Assembly: GCA_002269645.1 (NCBI GenBank) | Contig: NIVC01000795.1 | Span: 186,001 to 250,000, forward strand | Direction: 5' to 3' | From: Macrostomum lignano | Taxonomy: Eukaryota | Length of the DNA: 64,000 nt | In this document: positions 13,701 to 39,301 of the stretch, piece after piece | Position numbering within the stretch: position 1 is the first letter of the stretch | How the letters are laid out: the number at the start of each line of letters is the position of its first letter | Position numbers and translations under genes: made by a program | The notes under the pieces: model-generated | What the model was told of the DNA's origin: nothing | The model's input: only the letters and a program-made list of their open reading frames with translations | Database searches by the model: none

Positions 13701-16584
13701 GCTGCTCCGTGCGGCCTTTCGAGTTGACGAGAGCGTCGGGACCGAGGCCCTGTACGATCGGGCCAAGCTGCAGCGCCCGTCCATCATTCTGCGCCGGCGG
13801 CGACCTCAACTGGCGGGTCACGTGATCCGGGCTGAGGGCTACTGCCCCCAACCTGTTCAGGACGTCCTGCTGCTCACCTTGCAGGGTCCGTTCAGACGGG
13901 GTCAGGCCCGACCCGTCGATACGTGGACTGCCTGCTGTGCGACGCTGGGGCGCCCACACTGCCAACGGAGCGGACTTTGTTCGCTCCCAGGCTCTGCGGC
14001 GCGCCATCTGACGCGCCCTGTTCTAACTGCGACTGTACATGCGGGGTCGCGTATTTTGTTGTTGTTGTTTGTTGAGAGTGGGGCTTAGCGGGGTGGACTC
14101 AGCAGTGGGATAAAAGAGGATGGGGAAGGGGAATAAAATGATATTATTACCCCGTGACGCGCCCAGGGCCGGGAGCCGGAGCTGGCGGACCTGCGGCAGT
14201 GGCGGCCCTTCCTGGCCATGCTGCTGGCTAACCGGGCTGACCGACCCCGCCTGGCCGCCGCCGCCGTCGCCCGCCTCGGCGACCGCCTGCTGGCCGCCGG
14301 GCGCCTCTACGCCTCCCAGCTGTGCCACCTCCTTGCCGGCGGCTGCGTTGCCCTTGACGACGCTACAGACGTCGACGGGGACAGCTTCGATGCCAAGTCG
14401 CTGGACCCGTTCCGGCCAGGCGGGCCCATCGAGCTGATCGGCTTCGACTCCGCCGCTGCCTCCGTCGCAGCCTCTGCCGGCTCGGCTTCGTCTGTTGCGG
14501 CGGCCGTTCCCAACGAAGCCGTGCAGCTCACCGAGGTCTTCGAGTTCGCTGTCGGCCTCCGCGATAGACGTCGCCGGCTCGACGGCGTCTGCCAGCGCCG
14601 CTTGTCGGCACGCCTGCTGCCCTACAAGTTTCTGTACGCTGTGCGGCTGCTGGACGCCGGCCTGAGCGAGGAGGCCTTCCGCTACTGCCGCAACGTCGGC
14701 CGCTGCCTGGTGCAACTGGACGGCTCCGAAGAGATTAACAAGTCCTCCACCCATTTTGAGTCGCTGATGTTGGAGATTCTGCGACTGGCCGAGCGGCTGC
14801 GCTGCCATCCGGCAGTGTCCGAGCACCTGGACACTGATTGGCTGGCTGAGCTGGCCGAACTGGCTGCTGGGCGGCGCAGGTGGCGACAGCAGCAGCAGAT
14901 TCTGCCGCACCGGCCGTTCCAGCCTCCGCCTACTGGGAATCTGCATCATGATCCCGCATCCTGGCGGCCGCCTCTGCCGCAGCAGCAGCAGCAGCAGCAG
15001 CAGCCTCCTGTCTCGTGGACGCAGCAGCAAAGCTCGGCGACTCCTGCCGCTGCAGCGTCTGCATCCTCGGTTCATGTGGCATTTGACGCGTTCGATGAGC
15101 CGGTATGACCTAAATCCGCTTAAACCCCATATAGTTACTCGCATCAGAGTCACTTGCGTTCTCCCAGAGTCGTTTCAGAGTCGCTGCAGGTAACACAGGC
15201 AAAATAGGAAAGAAGTGACTCTAGATGACTCAATGGGCAAGATGCCAGGTTACCAGTGGCTAAAAAGTCGTCAAAAAGTCGCATAAGAGTCAATTTGAGG
15301 TGTTATATGACTCTGGGGCCGTAAAGTCTGATCTGAAGCGTGCTGGAGTCGCTGTAGAATTACGACTCTGCAACTCACATGGTGCGCTCGTGACTCAACA
15401 GTTGCCTCGTGCCTCTCCCTGGCATTACGGTTGTTTGAGACGTTTTCAACGAGCCAACTCCAAGGCACAGAGAGTGTACATGTCTGACGATTAGAAAGTC
15501 CCCTGTACACCCTGTGTGAGCGTGTGTACGAGTGCGCTCCTGTGTACAGTATTGGCGCGCTCGGGAGTCTGTGGAATGAGCAGAATTGCTTCAGCGCTCC
15601 GGTTGTGGGACCGATGTCGCCGAAGGCTTTGCGCCATGGTGGCCGCAGTCTTCCTGCATTATTATCTTATGTACACAATCCACCTCGCTGGTTTCCCATC
15701 TCAGGCCTCGCAGATCCCCGACTATCAGCGCCGGCGCGCCCTGTCCAGCAGCGCCTCGTCGCATGGCGGCGAATCGTCGGCTGTCCAGGGCGCCGGCAGC
15801 GGCGCTCATTCGCGCCAGACATCGCCGGCACCGTCGTCGCCGCCTTCGTCGCCGGTGGCGCGACCACCGTATGCGGTGAGTCGCGTGTACTGTATTGCAC
15901 TATATTCTTAGTCCTGTGGCTTTAGCACCCTCCCCTTCCCACCAAGCCTTGGCTGAATTGCCGCGCTCGAATCCCAGATAATTTGGCGCCACTCAAAATG
16001 TTTTCATCTCCGCAGCCTCCGCCTGCCCCACCGCCTCAGCCGCCGCCGCTGCTGAAGTCGCAGCCTCCGCCTCAGCACCCGGTTCCGCCTGTGAGCCGTG
16101 GAGCTGCGAGGAGTCGGGATTCCAGCCTGAGTTCAGGCATGAGCCACCCGCAGCAGCAACAGCAGCGGCAGCAGCAGCAGCCCTATTCCCAGTACCCAAG
16201 CCAGTCTGACTCGCACAACCAATACCAGCTCGGCCAACAGCGCTATCCCGTGCCGCAGTCCCAGCCTGAGGAGGTAGCAGCTCACGAGGAGCATCCGCAG
16301 TCGCTGGAGTTCGAACAGCAGCACCAATATCACCAGCAGCCGCCTCAGATGTATCAGCAATCGCAAGGGGCTTCTTATCAACCGCAGGCGCAGCCGCCTC
16401 CACCACAGCCAGAGGCTCAGCCGCCATCGGAGCACTATGAGCAGCTTCAGCAGGCTGAGCAGACTCAGCAGCCGCAGCAGCTCCATCTGCAATACCAACA
16501 GCAGGCACAGCGGCAGACCCCACCATACCCACAGCCTCAGCCACCGCAGCAGAAGCAGCAGCAATACCCACAGCCCCAGCCACC

Positions 16585-16617
<33 letters not shown>

Positions 16618-17818
16618 GCAGCAATACCCACAGCCCCAGCCACCGCAGCAGCAGCAGAAGCAGCAGCAATACCCACAGACTCAGCCACCGCAGCAGCAGC
16701 AACACCCACAGACTCGGCCACCGCAGCAGCAGCAGTACCCACAGACTCAGCCACCGCAGCAGCAGCAACACCCACAGACTCGGCCACCGCACCAGCAGCA
16801 GCACCCACAGACTCGGCCACCGCAGCAGCAGCAATACCCACAGACTCGGCCACCGCAGCAGCAGCAGTACCCACAGACTCAGCCACCGCAGCAGCAGCAG
16901 TACCCACAGACTGAGCCACCGCAGCAGCAGCAGCAACAATACCCACACACTCAGCCACCGCAGCAGCAGCAGCAGTACCCACAGACTGAGCCACCGCAGC
17001 AGCAGCAATACCCACAGGCTGAGCCATCACAGCAGCAGCAATACCCACAGTCTCAGCCATCACAGCAGCAGCAATACCCACAGCCCCAGCCACCGCAGCA
17101 GCAGCAGTACCCACAGACTGAGCCACCGCAACAGCAACAATACCCACAGACTCAGCCGCCGCAGCAGCAGCAGTACCCACAGACTGAGCCACCGCAGCAG
17201 CAGCAATACGCACAGTCTCAGCCGCCGCAGCAGCAGCAGTACCCACAGACTGAGCCACCGCAGCAGCAGCAATACCCACAGTCTCAGCCGCCGCAGCAGC
17301 AGGCTCCGCAGTCGACGACGCTGCAATACCAGCAGCAGCAGCGATTCCAGCCGCCTCCTCGTCCGTATCAAGTGGGCCAGCCAGTGACACAGCCGCCTCC
17401 CCAGCAGAGTCAGGCGCAGTCTCAGATGCAGTCGTCGCAGCAGAATCAAGCTGCTCAGCAGCAGCAATTGCAGCCGCCTCAACAACAGCAGCCGCCGCCG
17501 CCGCAGCAGCAGGCCAGCCAAGGCATGTTCTCTCGCATGTTCGGTAGGATGTTTGGCGGCGGCGGCGGCAGCGGTGCTGACAGCCAGCCGGAGCCAAGTC
17601 AGCAGGAGCCGCAGCAGCAGCCTCCGCCACCGATGTACATGCAGGCTTCGCAGCCGCAGCAGCAGCCTCCGCCACCGATGTACATGCAGACTTCGCAGCC
17701 GCAGAGGCAGCAACAGACATCAACTGCGGCCCCCGGCGGTCCGCCGCCGCCTCCGCAGCCGCTGCATTACTACGCCGCTGGTAAAAGTATTTTCTCCCCA
17801 GCGCCGGTGCCTCAGTGA
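10351..17818 (+). CDS. SEC16: Protein transport protein Sec16 (ER exit-site scaffold), six-exon model
   Basis: Exons 10351-10953, 11552-11914, 12760-13239, 14167-15102, 15705-15875 and 16016-17818, all joined in phase 0 at GT..AG. The central conserved domain reads TPLKFSLPHARL...YPGPLVPGETLKSEV...LDFLVRNNG|IAMGSDLSDLLL...LLMYGRKREALEYASRRGLWGQALFLA...GDPLVALYHFM|...QWRPFLAMLLAN...LTEVFEFA...YKFLYAVRLLDAGLSEEAFRYC. The 3' end is less certain because a possible donor lies at 17781. Confidence 0.9.
11141..11382. repeat. 39-bp minisatellite (gctgcagttcactctgctgtgattgggcagcagctctga), about 6 copies, SEC16 intron 1
   Basis: Read directly. Confidence 0.92.
12029..12341 (-). mobile_element. tRNA-derived SINE, family A (copy 1), SEC16 intron 2
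   Basis: On the minus strand: A-box-like TTGCCTAGTAAT, B-box GGCTCGATTCC and an A-rich tail. The body (gcggcccaactttatttatcgttaggcatgtacacttcactg) is shared with 55373-55738. Confidence 0.8.
12457..12615. repeat. 16-bp tandem repeat (gggctagctactcata), about 10 copies
   Basis: Read directly. Confidence 0.95.
13289..14075 (+). mobile_element. 5'-truncated RTE-like non-LTR retrotransposon (RT C-terminal part) in SEC16 intron 3
   Basis: Encodes VGLIVNTLKTEVL...FTYLGG...DLRRRRGLAWAAF...LLYNAETWTL. Ends in a (TTG)n tail. An 18-bp TSD gagtggggcttagcgggg lies at 13271-13288 and 14076-14093. There is a frameshift near the 3' end relative to the copy at 41721-42524. Confidence 0.88.
15135..15480 (+). 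repeat. Dispersed GAGTC/GACTC-rich repeat, copy 1 (SEC16 intron 4)
   Basis: agagtcgctgcaggtaacacaggcaaaataggaaagaagtgactctagatgactcaa matches the reverse complement of about 20085-20145. Confidence 0.65.
16520..17300 (+). repeat. Coding minisatellite of about 33 bp (QQQQYPQTQPP-type units) in the SEC16 last exon
   Basis: More than 20 units of cagcagcagtacccacagactcagccaccg and variants, all in frame. Confidence 0.9.
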
Positions 17819-18607
17819 CCGGCGCCTCTGGCCTAGCATGATAATCAATGATTTGCTAACTGAAAACCGCACTACATGTAGCCCAGTGCTTTATTGTTGA
17901 ATCATTTCGATTCAGCTCTCCTGCAATGTCTCATGCATCGTATTTTATAAGCCATTGCTTGTCGTCTGCTTAGGCCATAGTAATTTTTTGTTGTTTTTTT
18001 CGAATAGAATTAAAGATTTCCAGAATGATGGTTGCTTGGCTTTAGTATTTTTGTGTCCACTATCTTGCACTTATTCCCTGGAGTTCTTGATCGGATACAA
18101 ATATTCTTCATGGATCAATTTCAAATCAGTCAGTGATTGCTAATTGGTGTGAGTCTTTCCTCACCAAAGTCCCTTTCATTTCGGTGCATAGAGCTATTAT
18201 TATATACATATATAAATTACGAATTAAATTTTTGTTTATTGAATTTGATTTCCGTGTGCTTCTGTACACCATAGCCCATACTATATATATAATTGAGCTG
18301 GCTTAAAAATCTGTTTGTGATGTAGCTGTTTTGTATTCGTGTGGTCCAGGTTGCGCCCTTGATTCTCATTCCCTAATCTTCTTGCTTAGCTTCACTGGTT
18401 CATGGCCGTTAATTATATTCATTTTCAATTCGTTGTCCGTCTGTGTTGCATTTCTGCATGCAGAGGTGAATTGGCCAAATATAGTAACACTATACTACTG
18501 ACACTACTCTGTTGCAGTCGGTCACTGCAGATTGTGTTTCCGCTCCAACAATTGCCCGAGATATTGAACTTAATGACCTCGTTTTTTTATCAAATATGTA
18601 GTGACAA

Positions 18608-19322
18608 TCCACACCCTGCATTGGCACACCAGCTGTCCCACACCCTGCAATTGTCACACCAGCTGTCCCACACCCTGCATTGTCACACCAGCTGTCCCAC
18701 ACCCTGCAATTGTCACACCAGCTGTCCCACACCCTGCAATTGTCACACCAGCTGTCCCACACCCTGCAATTGTCACACCAGCTGTCCCACACCCTGCAAT
18801 TGTCACACCAGCTAGCTCTCCCACACCCTGCAATTGTCACACCAGCTGTCCCACACCCTGCAATTGTCACACCAGCTGTCCCACACCCTGCAATTGTCAC
18901 ACCAGCTAGCTCTCCCACACCCTGCAATTGTCACACCAGCTGTCCCACACCCTGCAATTGTCACACCAGCTACCTGTCCCACACCCTGCAATTGTCACAC
19001 CAGCTGTCCCACACCCTGCAATTGTCACACCAGCTGTCCCACACCCTGCAATTGTCACACCAGCTAGCTCTCCCACACCCTGCAATTGTCACACCAGCTG
19101 TCCCACACCCTGCAATTGTCACACCAGCTACCTGTCCCACACCCTGCAATTGTCACACCAGCTGTCCCACACCCTGCAATTGTCACACCAGCTGTCCCAC
19201 ACCCTGCAATTGTCACACCAGCTAGCTGTCCCACACCCTGCAATTGTCACACGAGCTAGCTGTCCCACACCCTGCAATTGTCACACCAGCTAGCTGTCCC
19301 ACACCCTGCAATTTTTACACCA
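18608..19322. repeat. 30-bp minisatellite (cacaccctgcaattgtcacaccagctgtcc), about 23 copies
   Basis: Read directly; 10-aa period in the ORF track; occasional 4-bp insertions (gcta/tacc). Confidence 0.95.
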
Positions 19323-19864
19323 GCCGTCCAGATAAGCACAATACAGAGAGTCGGTCTGGCATTTAAGTATCGCAAACAACGGCTAAAGAAAACGTAATGA
19401 AACTGCATGAAAATGAAAATGTCACTCTAAAAAGGAGAAGCTAAAATGTATTTACAGACGCCAAAATAAGTATAGCTTAGTTGACAATTAATAAAATTTG
19501 ATGAGGCAAAATAATGCTACTATTAATACAAAATTAGATATTCTAATAAAACAACAAAAAACCAATAATGAAAATATATACAAAATAATGCTCATGCTAC
19601 TAATAGTAATATAATGAGAGAAAATAGCCATTCGCTTTGCGCAGCTCAATTTCACAGCCTGCTACAACAGTGAAATAACAAAAAACTTTGCACACCGCAG
19701 AGTTGCAGCAGCCAATGGGGATGAGAAATCAAACAATATGGTATGGCTCACTGCCTGTGCTCATTCAATAAATACACGATGTGAACAATACAACACAAAT
19801 CTAAGTAATCAAGCACAAAGCAGGGAACTCTACGGGGAAAACTATCTTTTTGTACATCTGGCAC

Positions 19865-20145
19865 CTGCACATTAGATTGAGTCACGAGGGCATCACGTGA
19901 GTTGTAGAATCGTCAGAGTCCCGAAAAAGTCGTCCAAGAGTTTTGTTAGCGCTTAACTTTCTACTAACTCGCGTAAACTAAATATTGTTGCTATAAATGC
20001 AAAATGCGTTCTTTAATTCATAAAGTGACGCTGATCTCTTTGAACACTTTTTAGCGACTTGTACCGAGAAACATCATCGTTTGAGTCGTCTAGAGTCACT
20101 TACTTCCTATCTTATCTGTGTTACCTGCAACGACTCTGTAACGCT
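19865..20145 (-). repeat. Dispersed GAGTC/GACTC-rich repeat, copy 2 (inverted relative to 15135-15480)
   Basis: gagtcgtctagagtcacttacttcctatcttatctgtgttacctgcaacgactct is a diverged reverse complement of copy 1. Confidence 0.65.
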
Positions 20146-20430
20146 TCTTGGCCTTTGGTACCGTTTTCATCGAGATAGTAGTGTATGAATTGAATATTTC
20201 ACTATATTTCATACTACTATCACCCACTTAGTAAAAAGTAGTGTGTTAAGCGACTGACTTCTAACTATAGCTACAGCTTCTAACTGTAAAGAAAGGAAGG
20301 CATTTCAAAGCTAATTCTAAGCATATTAAAAGTACATCAACACGAAATCGAATCACGAAGCGAGCGCAAGCAATGGCAATAATAGCTTGTACATCGAGCG
20401 TAAGTCGCCTTCCCCACGCTTTGCAGCATC

Positions 20431-35243
<14,813 letters not shown>

Positions 35244-36832
35244 TGTTGAATTTCAAGATGTTAGCAGGGTGGCAAAACAGCTTTGCAATCTGTTACATGG
35301 CCAAGCTGGTTTAAGCATGCAATTGCATATGTTTTTTTGGCTTGAATTGGCTAAATATTGAATACATCATTTACAGAAGTAGACTGAGAAATATGGTTTG
35401 CAGTTATTATCATAGGCTAGGTTTTTTTACTGTGTCATAACGTATCCTACTTGTACTTCATTTGAAGTATCAATAGTTATAATTATTGGGATAGGGTCAC
35501 ATAGGGTTGGGTGGAGCAAAGCCTAGTGATACAGTGTGGTACTATGATTTAATTCAAGTTTAGTCATATTTGGAGCTAAATTTGAATCTTAGCTTGGTTT
35601 TGCTTATGCAATTTATGCCCTTGATGATCAACTTCTAAGGCATAATAAAGTGTATATATGCTTAAATATAAATAAAGCTAGGCTACTATATACTTTTATA
35701 TAAAAACCTATTTACATAACTATATATCCAAAGGCTCCCTATTGGAATACAATTTCAAATCCTATGGATATATGGCATACATTTGTAAACATGCTTAGGC
35801 ATAGTAAATATTATATATAAATATTATTAATTTTATAGTAGTGCAAGATGGAATCAAATTTTATAACTTTGTATAGCATATAGTCATATACTATATATGC
35901 AGTTATTCCAATAGGGCATAGGCTTATATCTACTTAGGGAAATTGGTAGAGTGGCAGTGGTACTACATTAAGTATAATATATAATCATTTTATTTAATTC
36001 AAGAAAGATAAGAATTAACATTAATATACATTTTAAAAAGCTCTAGAATGCAAGTCTAATAGAATTTTATAAGAAATAAAAAGATTTAAATTATTAAACT
36101 TCTTATTTTTCAAATTTAAAAGAAAAGGAAATTATTCAGCCACTTGATTTCTTTTACAATTATCTGTAAAACATTTATTAAAAATTATATATATATAACT
36201 CTTATATATATCTAAACAATCACCTATAACCATTTATTTAAATTATAAATAAGGATATAAATAATCTTTTAAATTTTAGATCAAAGAAGATTGAATATAC
36301 AAATACAAAAATGAAGAGATTGCGTACATGGTAGCCAATCATATAAGCTCAGAATTGCATGCATAGCAGCTCTCCACCTAGTGTTTAAACTGTGTGCACA
36401 GTAGCTGGCAGTTATAGGCCTAAGCCTAATCTGGGTGTTACTACTAACTAAACCTAATTAAAAATTATTATTACTATATTATTTTGAATTATCATATGTA
36501 CACCATGTATAGCAAATATAATCTCAATTCATTGCTTTTTTTTTGTTAATTTGAATACTAATTTGAACAGTATATGACTCACTGTATATAAGAAATATAG
36601 CTGCCATGCATGCAAGCTCTTTGATACAAAAAATATAGGCCTAACTATAAGATTAGGAGTATAAAAAGTTATAAAAATATAAAGAAAACAAAACTATCAT
36701 AGGCCTAAAAACCATTTAAAAACATCAAGTTACAATGTTAATACTTGAATCAAAATCCATTTAAAGATACTTACTCAAGGTTTTCAATAATAGGCTTAAT
36801 ACTAAAAGGCAAAGTTAGGCCTACAATAAAAT

Positions 36833-37617
36833 GGCTCATTCCATATAAGATGGACATATTTGGAAAATAGAAAAAAGTCAATATTTTTGCTTGCCATTGC
36901 CTAATTAGCCTATTTTTTTACCAAATGTTTATATTGTGCAATATATACAATCTAAGAATAAAGGAATGGTAAAATGTTGGATTAGTATGTTATCAATTGG
37001 CAAAAAGTCATTTTTGTTAAAATTTGGACATTTTTTGAAGCAAAAGACATCAGTAAGATTTTGTACCTTTTAAAAACAAATAGAAAGCTTTTGAAGGTTG
37101 AAACAAACTATAGATAAAAGTATAGTACTTGCATCATCAGATAAAAGCATTGGTGACCAAATAATCTATTATATTTTTAATGTATTAGTACCTCAAAGTT
37201 ACTGAATTGACAGAAAAAAATATGTTACGACCACAATGTTACGACCATAAGGCTGCCTTTTCTTTTGTATCTTTGTTGCCTTTTGAGTTTATATATTCTA
37301 ATAAAAGAGTATGATTTCTAAAGATGTTCTTAGTCAAATTTTAAAAATGTATTGCAAATATCAAAAATGAAAAATGTTATAAGACTTTTACCTTTTAGTT
37401 TCTATATGTCAAAAATCCTGTCGTTACGACCATAAGTGTCATTTAAGGTTTAATAGCATCTATACTAATGATGATATCTATATGAAACTCTATAAATATA
37501 TTCTAGACAAAATAATCTTTCATTTAAAATATTGGTTTAGTATATTCTATTATTAGATTTCATTTTATAAGTAAAAATAACCTGTCATGTTACGACCATG
37601 CTTATATGGAATGAGCC
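36833..37617. mobile_element. Non-autonomous TIR element with 4-bp AAAT TSD (Sola1-like by TSD)
   Basis: TIRs ggctcattccatataag and cttatatggaatgagcc; aaat at 36829-36832 and 37618-37621; internal repeated gttacgacca motifs. Confidence 0.72.
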
Positions 37618-38045
37618 AAATACATTTAACTTAAAGATTAAAAATTAAGGAAATACTTATTTCCACAGTCCTTTACAGATAATTCTAATTTTATCCACAC
37701 AGATCTATGTTAATAATTTTCAGCTTTTCCCCATGGCAGCTTATTCGAATAGAGAACCTACCTTAAAATGAATCTGTTCAAAAAAGACTATTTGTTTTCA
37801 CTGTTTTGCAAATCTTCCAAACTACTAAATACTGAATAGTATTGAATACTTTGTTAAAACTTTTTTGTTATTAAAAGGGTTAATTTTAAATTTTCACTTA
37901 GCTACTAGGCCTAGCTTTGCTTAGAATGACCAAATGAACCCTAAGATTGAGCAAGTCAAATGAGACTTGCAAAGTTCAAAATTAAAAAATGTAATAATAG
38001 GCCTAATGATAATAATACTAATAATAATGACAATATTGATTTATT

Positions 38046-39301
38046 CAGTGTTGGGCACTTCCGTTACCGAGTAACTTGTAAATGGTAACGCAAGTTACTT
38101 TTTCGTAAAGCGTTCCTTACGCAAGTTACTTTCCTATTTTGGTAACGGAGTAACGGTAAGTTACTCAAATTTCGGAAGTCCGTTACAGTTACTTTGCAAC
38201 AATCGCAATATTTAAATTTAAAACTGATATGCTTAGCTATTACTCCAGTTGTCACATTTTTAGCATTTTTCATTCCTAAATTCAAAACTAAGTGAATAAT
38301 ATCATACGGTATTACGCTGTAATTAATAAAGAAATACTTGAAACATGTTTTTACTTTGTTATTTTCGGTAAAATATTTTTGCTTTTCGTTTTTAAGTTAA
38401 TAAAAATATTTTGTTTAGTTCTTAGAAACAAACAACCAAAGAAAGAAATTCATCTGTAGTCTCCACAAATCCACTCAGTGATCGACGTAGCCAGGAATTT
38501 TAATTGGGGGGGGGCGGGTTGGCCTGGCTGGCCATGCCTCATGCCATTGCCACTTTTAGCGCCGCAGGCACTCATTTTAGCGCCGCAAGCACTCATTTAA
38601 GCGCCGCAGGCACTCATTTAAGCGCCGCAGGCACTCAATCGCCTCATGGTTTTTGGTACCCGCCACGCCCAACCCCACCCCCCCCCAGGTGGGGTGTCTT
38701 GCAGGTGGGGTGAAGTTGCCGCCCCAACGATTGTTAAGGCGGCCTCCCTGGCTACACCACTAAAGTCCACTGGCACTGCACTGCACTGCACAATAATTTA
38801 ATATTAATGATAATAATTGAAAATAAATAAAAAGACTAGTAAAGCAGACTGTAGAGTGGAGTAAAGCCAGGTACTTATTACGAGCGATGTATTATCAAGG
38901 ACAACTGAAGTTACGTTAAGTTGTCCTTGTGTATTATAACTTATAATGTTATTAAAAATTAAATTGCGTTTTGCCTTTAACGTTTCTGACCTTCAGCTTC
39001 TCTTCTTTTTACGGAAAGGGCCTAAAGTGATTAAAATTTAATACAGTTACTGAAATTAATGTTGTTGTATTCTTCCTCCTGGCTTTCGCGATCATTTGTG
39101 CTGTTCCATCACATTTGCAATGTTAAAAAAGCAGAAAATTTTGTTAATAACATAGGTAACGGAAGTAAGTAACGGAAGTAACTTAAAAGTTACCGGGTTT
39201 TTGTTCAAAGTTACTAGGCTAACGTAAGTTACTTTTTAAAAAGTGGTAGCTTAAGTTACAGTAACGCAAGTTACTTTTTTTGAGTAACTTGCCCAACACT
39301 G
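38046..39301. mobile_element. hAT-type MITE with 8-bp TSD
   Basis: TIRs cagtgttgggca and tgcccaacactg; perfect TSD gatttatt at 38038-38045 and 39302-39309; many subterminal gtaac/gttac repeats. Confidence 0.88.
38473..38762. mobile_element. Small MITE nested in the hAT element
   Basis: Ends cagtg...cgtagccagg and cctggctacaccact; internal 21-bp repeats ttagcgccgcaggcactcatt; near-matching flanks aaatccac and aagtccac. Confidence 0.6.

Noticed and set aside
12727-14088. The 453-aa ORF as a single genuine protein
   Set aside because: It is SEC16 exon 3 plus an intronic LINE fragment bounded by a TSD; kept only as a read-through hypothesis.
15993-17723. Long antisense and alternate-frame ORFs (poly-Ala, LLLLRW, SHRSSS)
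   Set aside because: Shadows of the CAG-rich SEC16 exon; stop-poor repeat sequence.
18402-19293. Cys/His-rich ORFs (CHTSCPTPCN)n as a metallothionein-like or keratin-associated protein
   Set aside because: Pure 30-bp minisatellite with frame-breaking 4-bp insertions.
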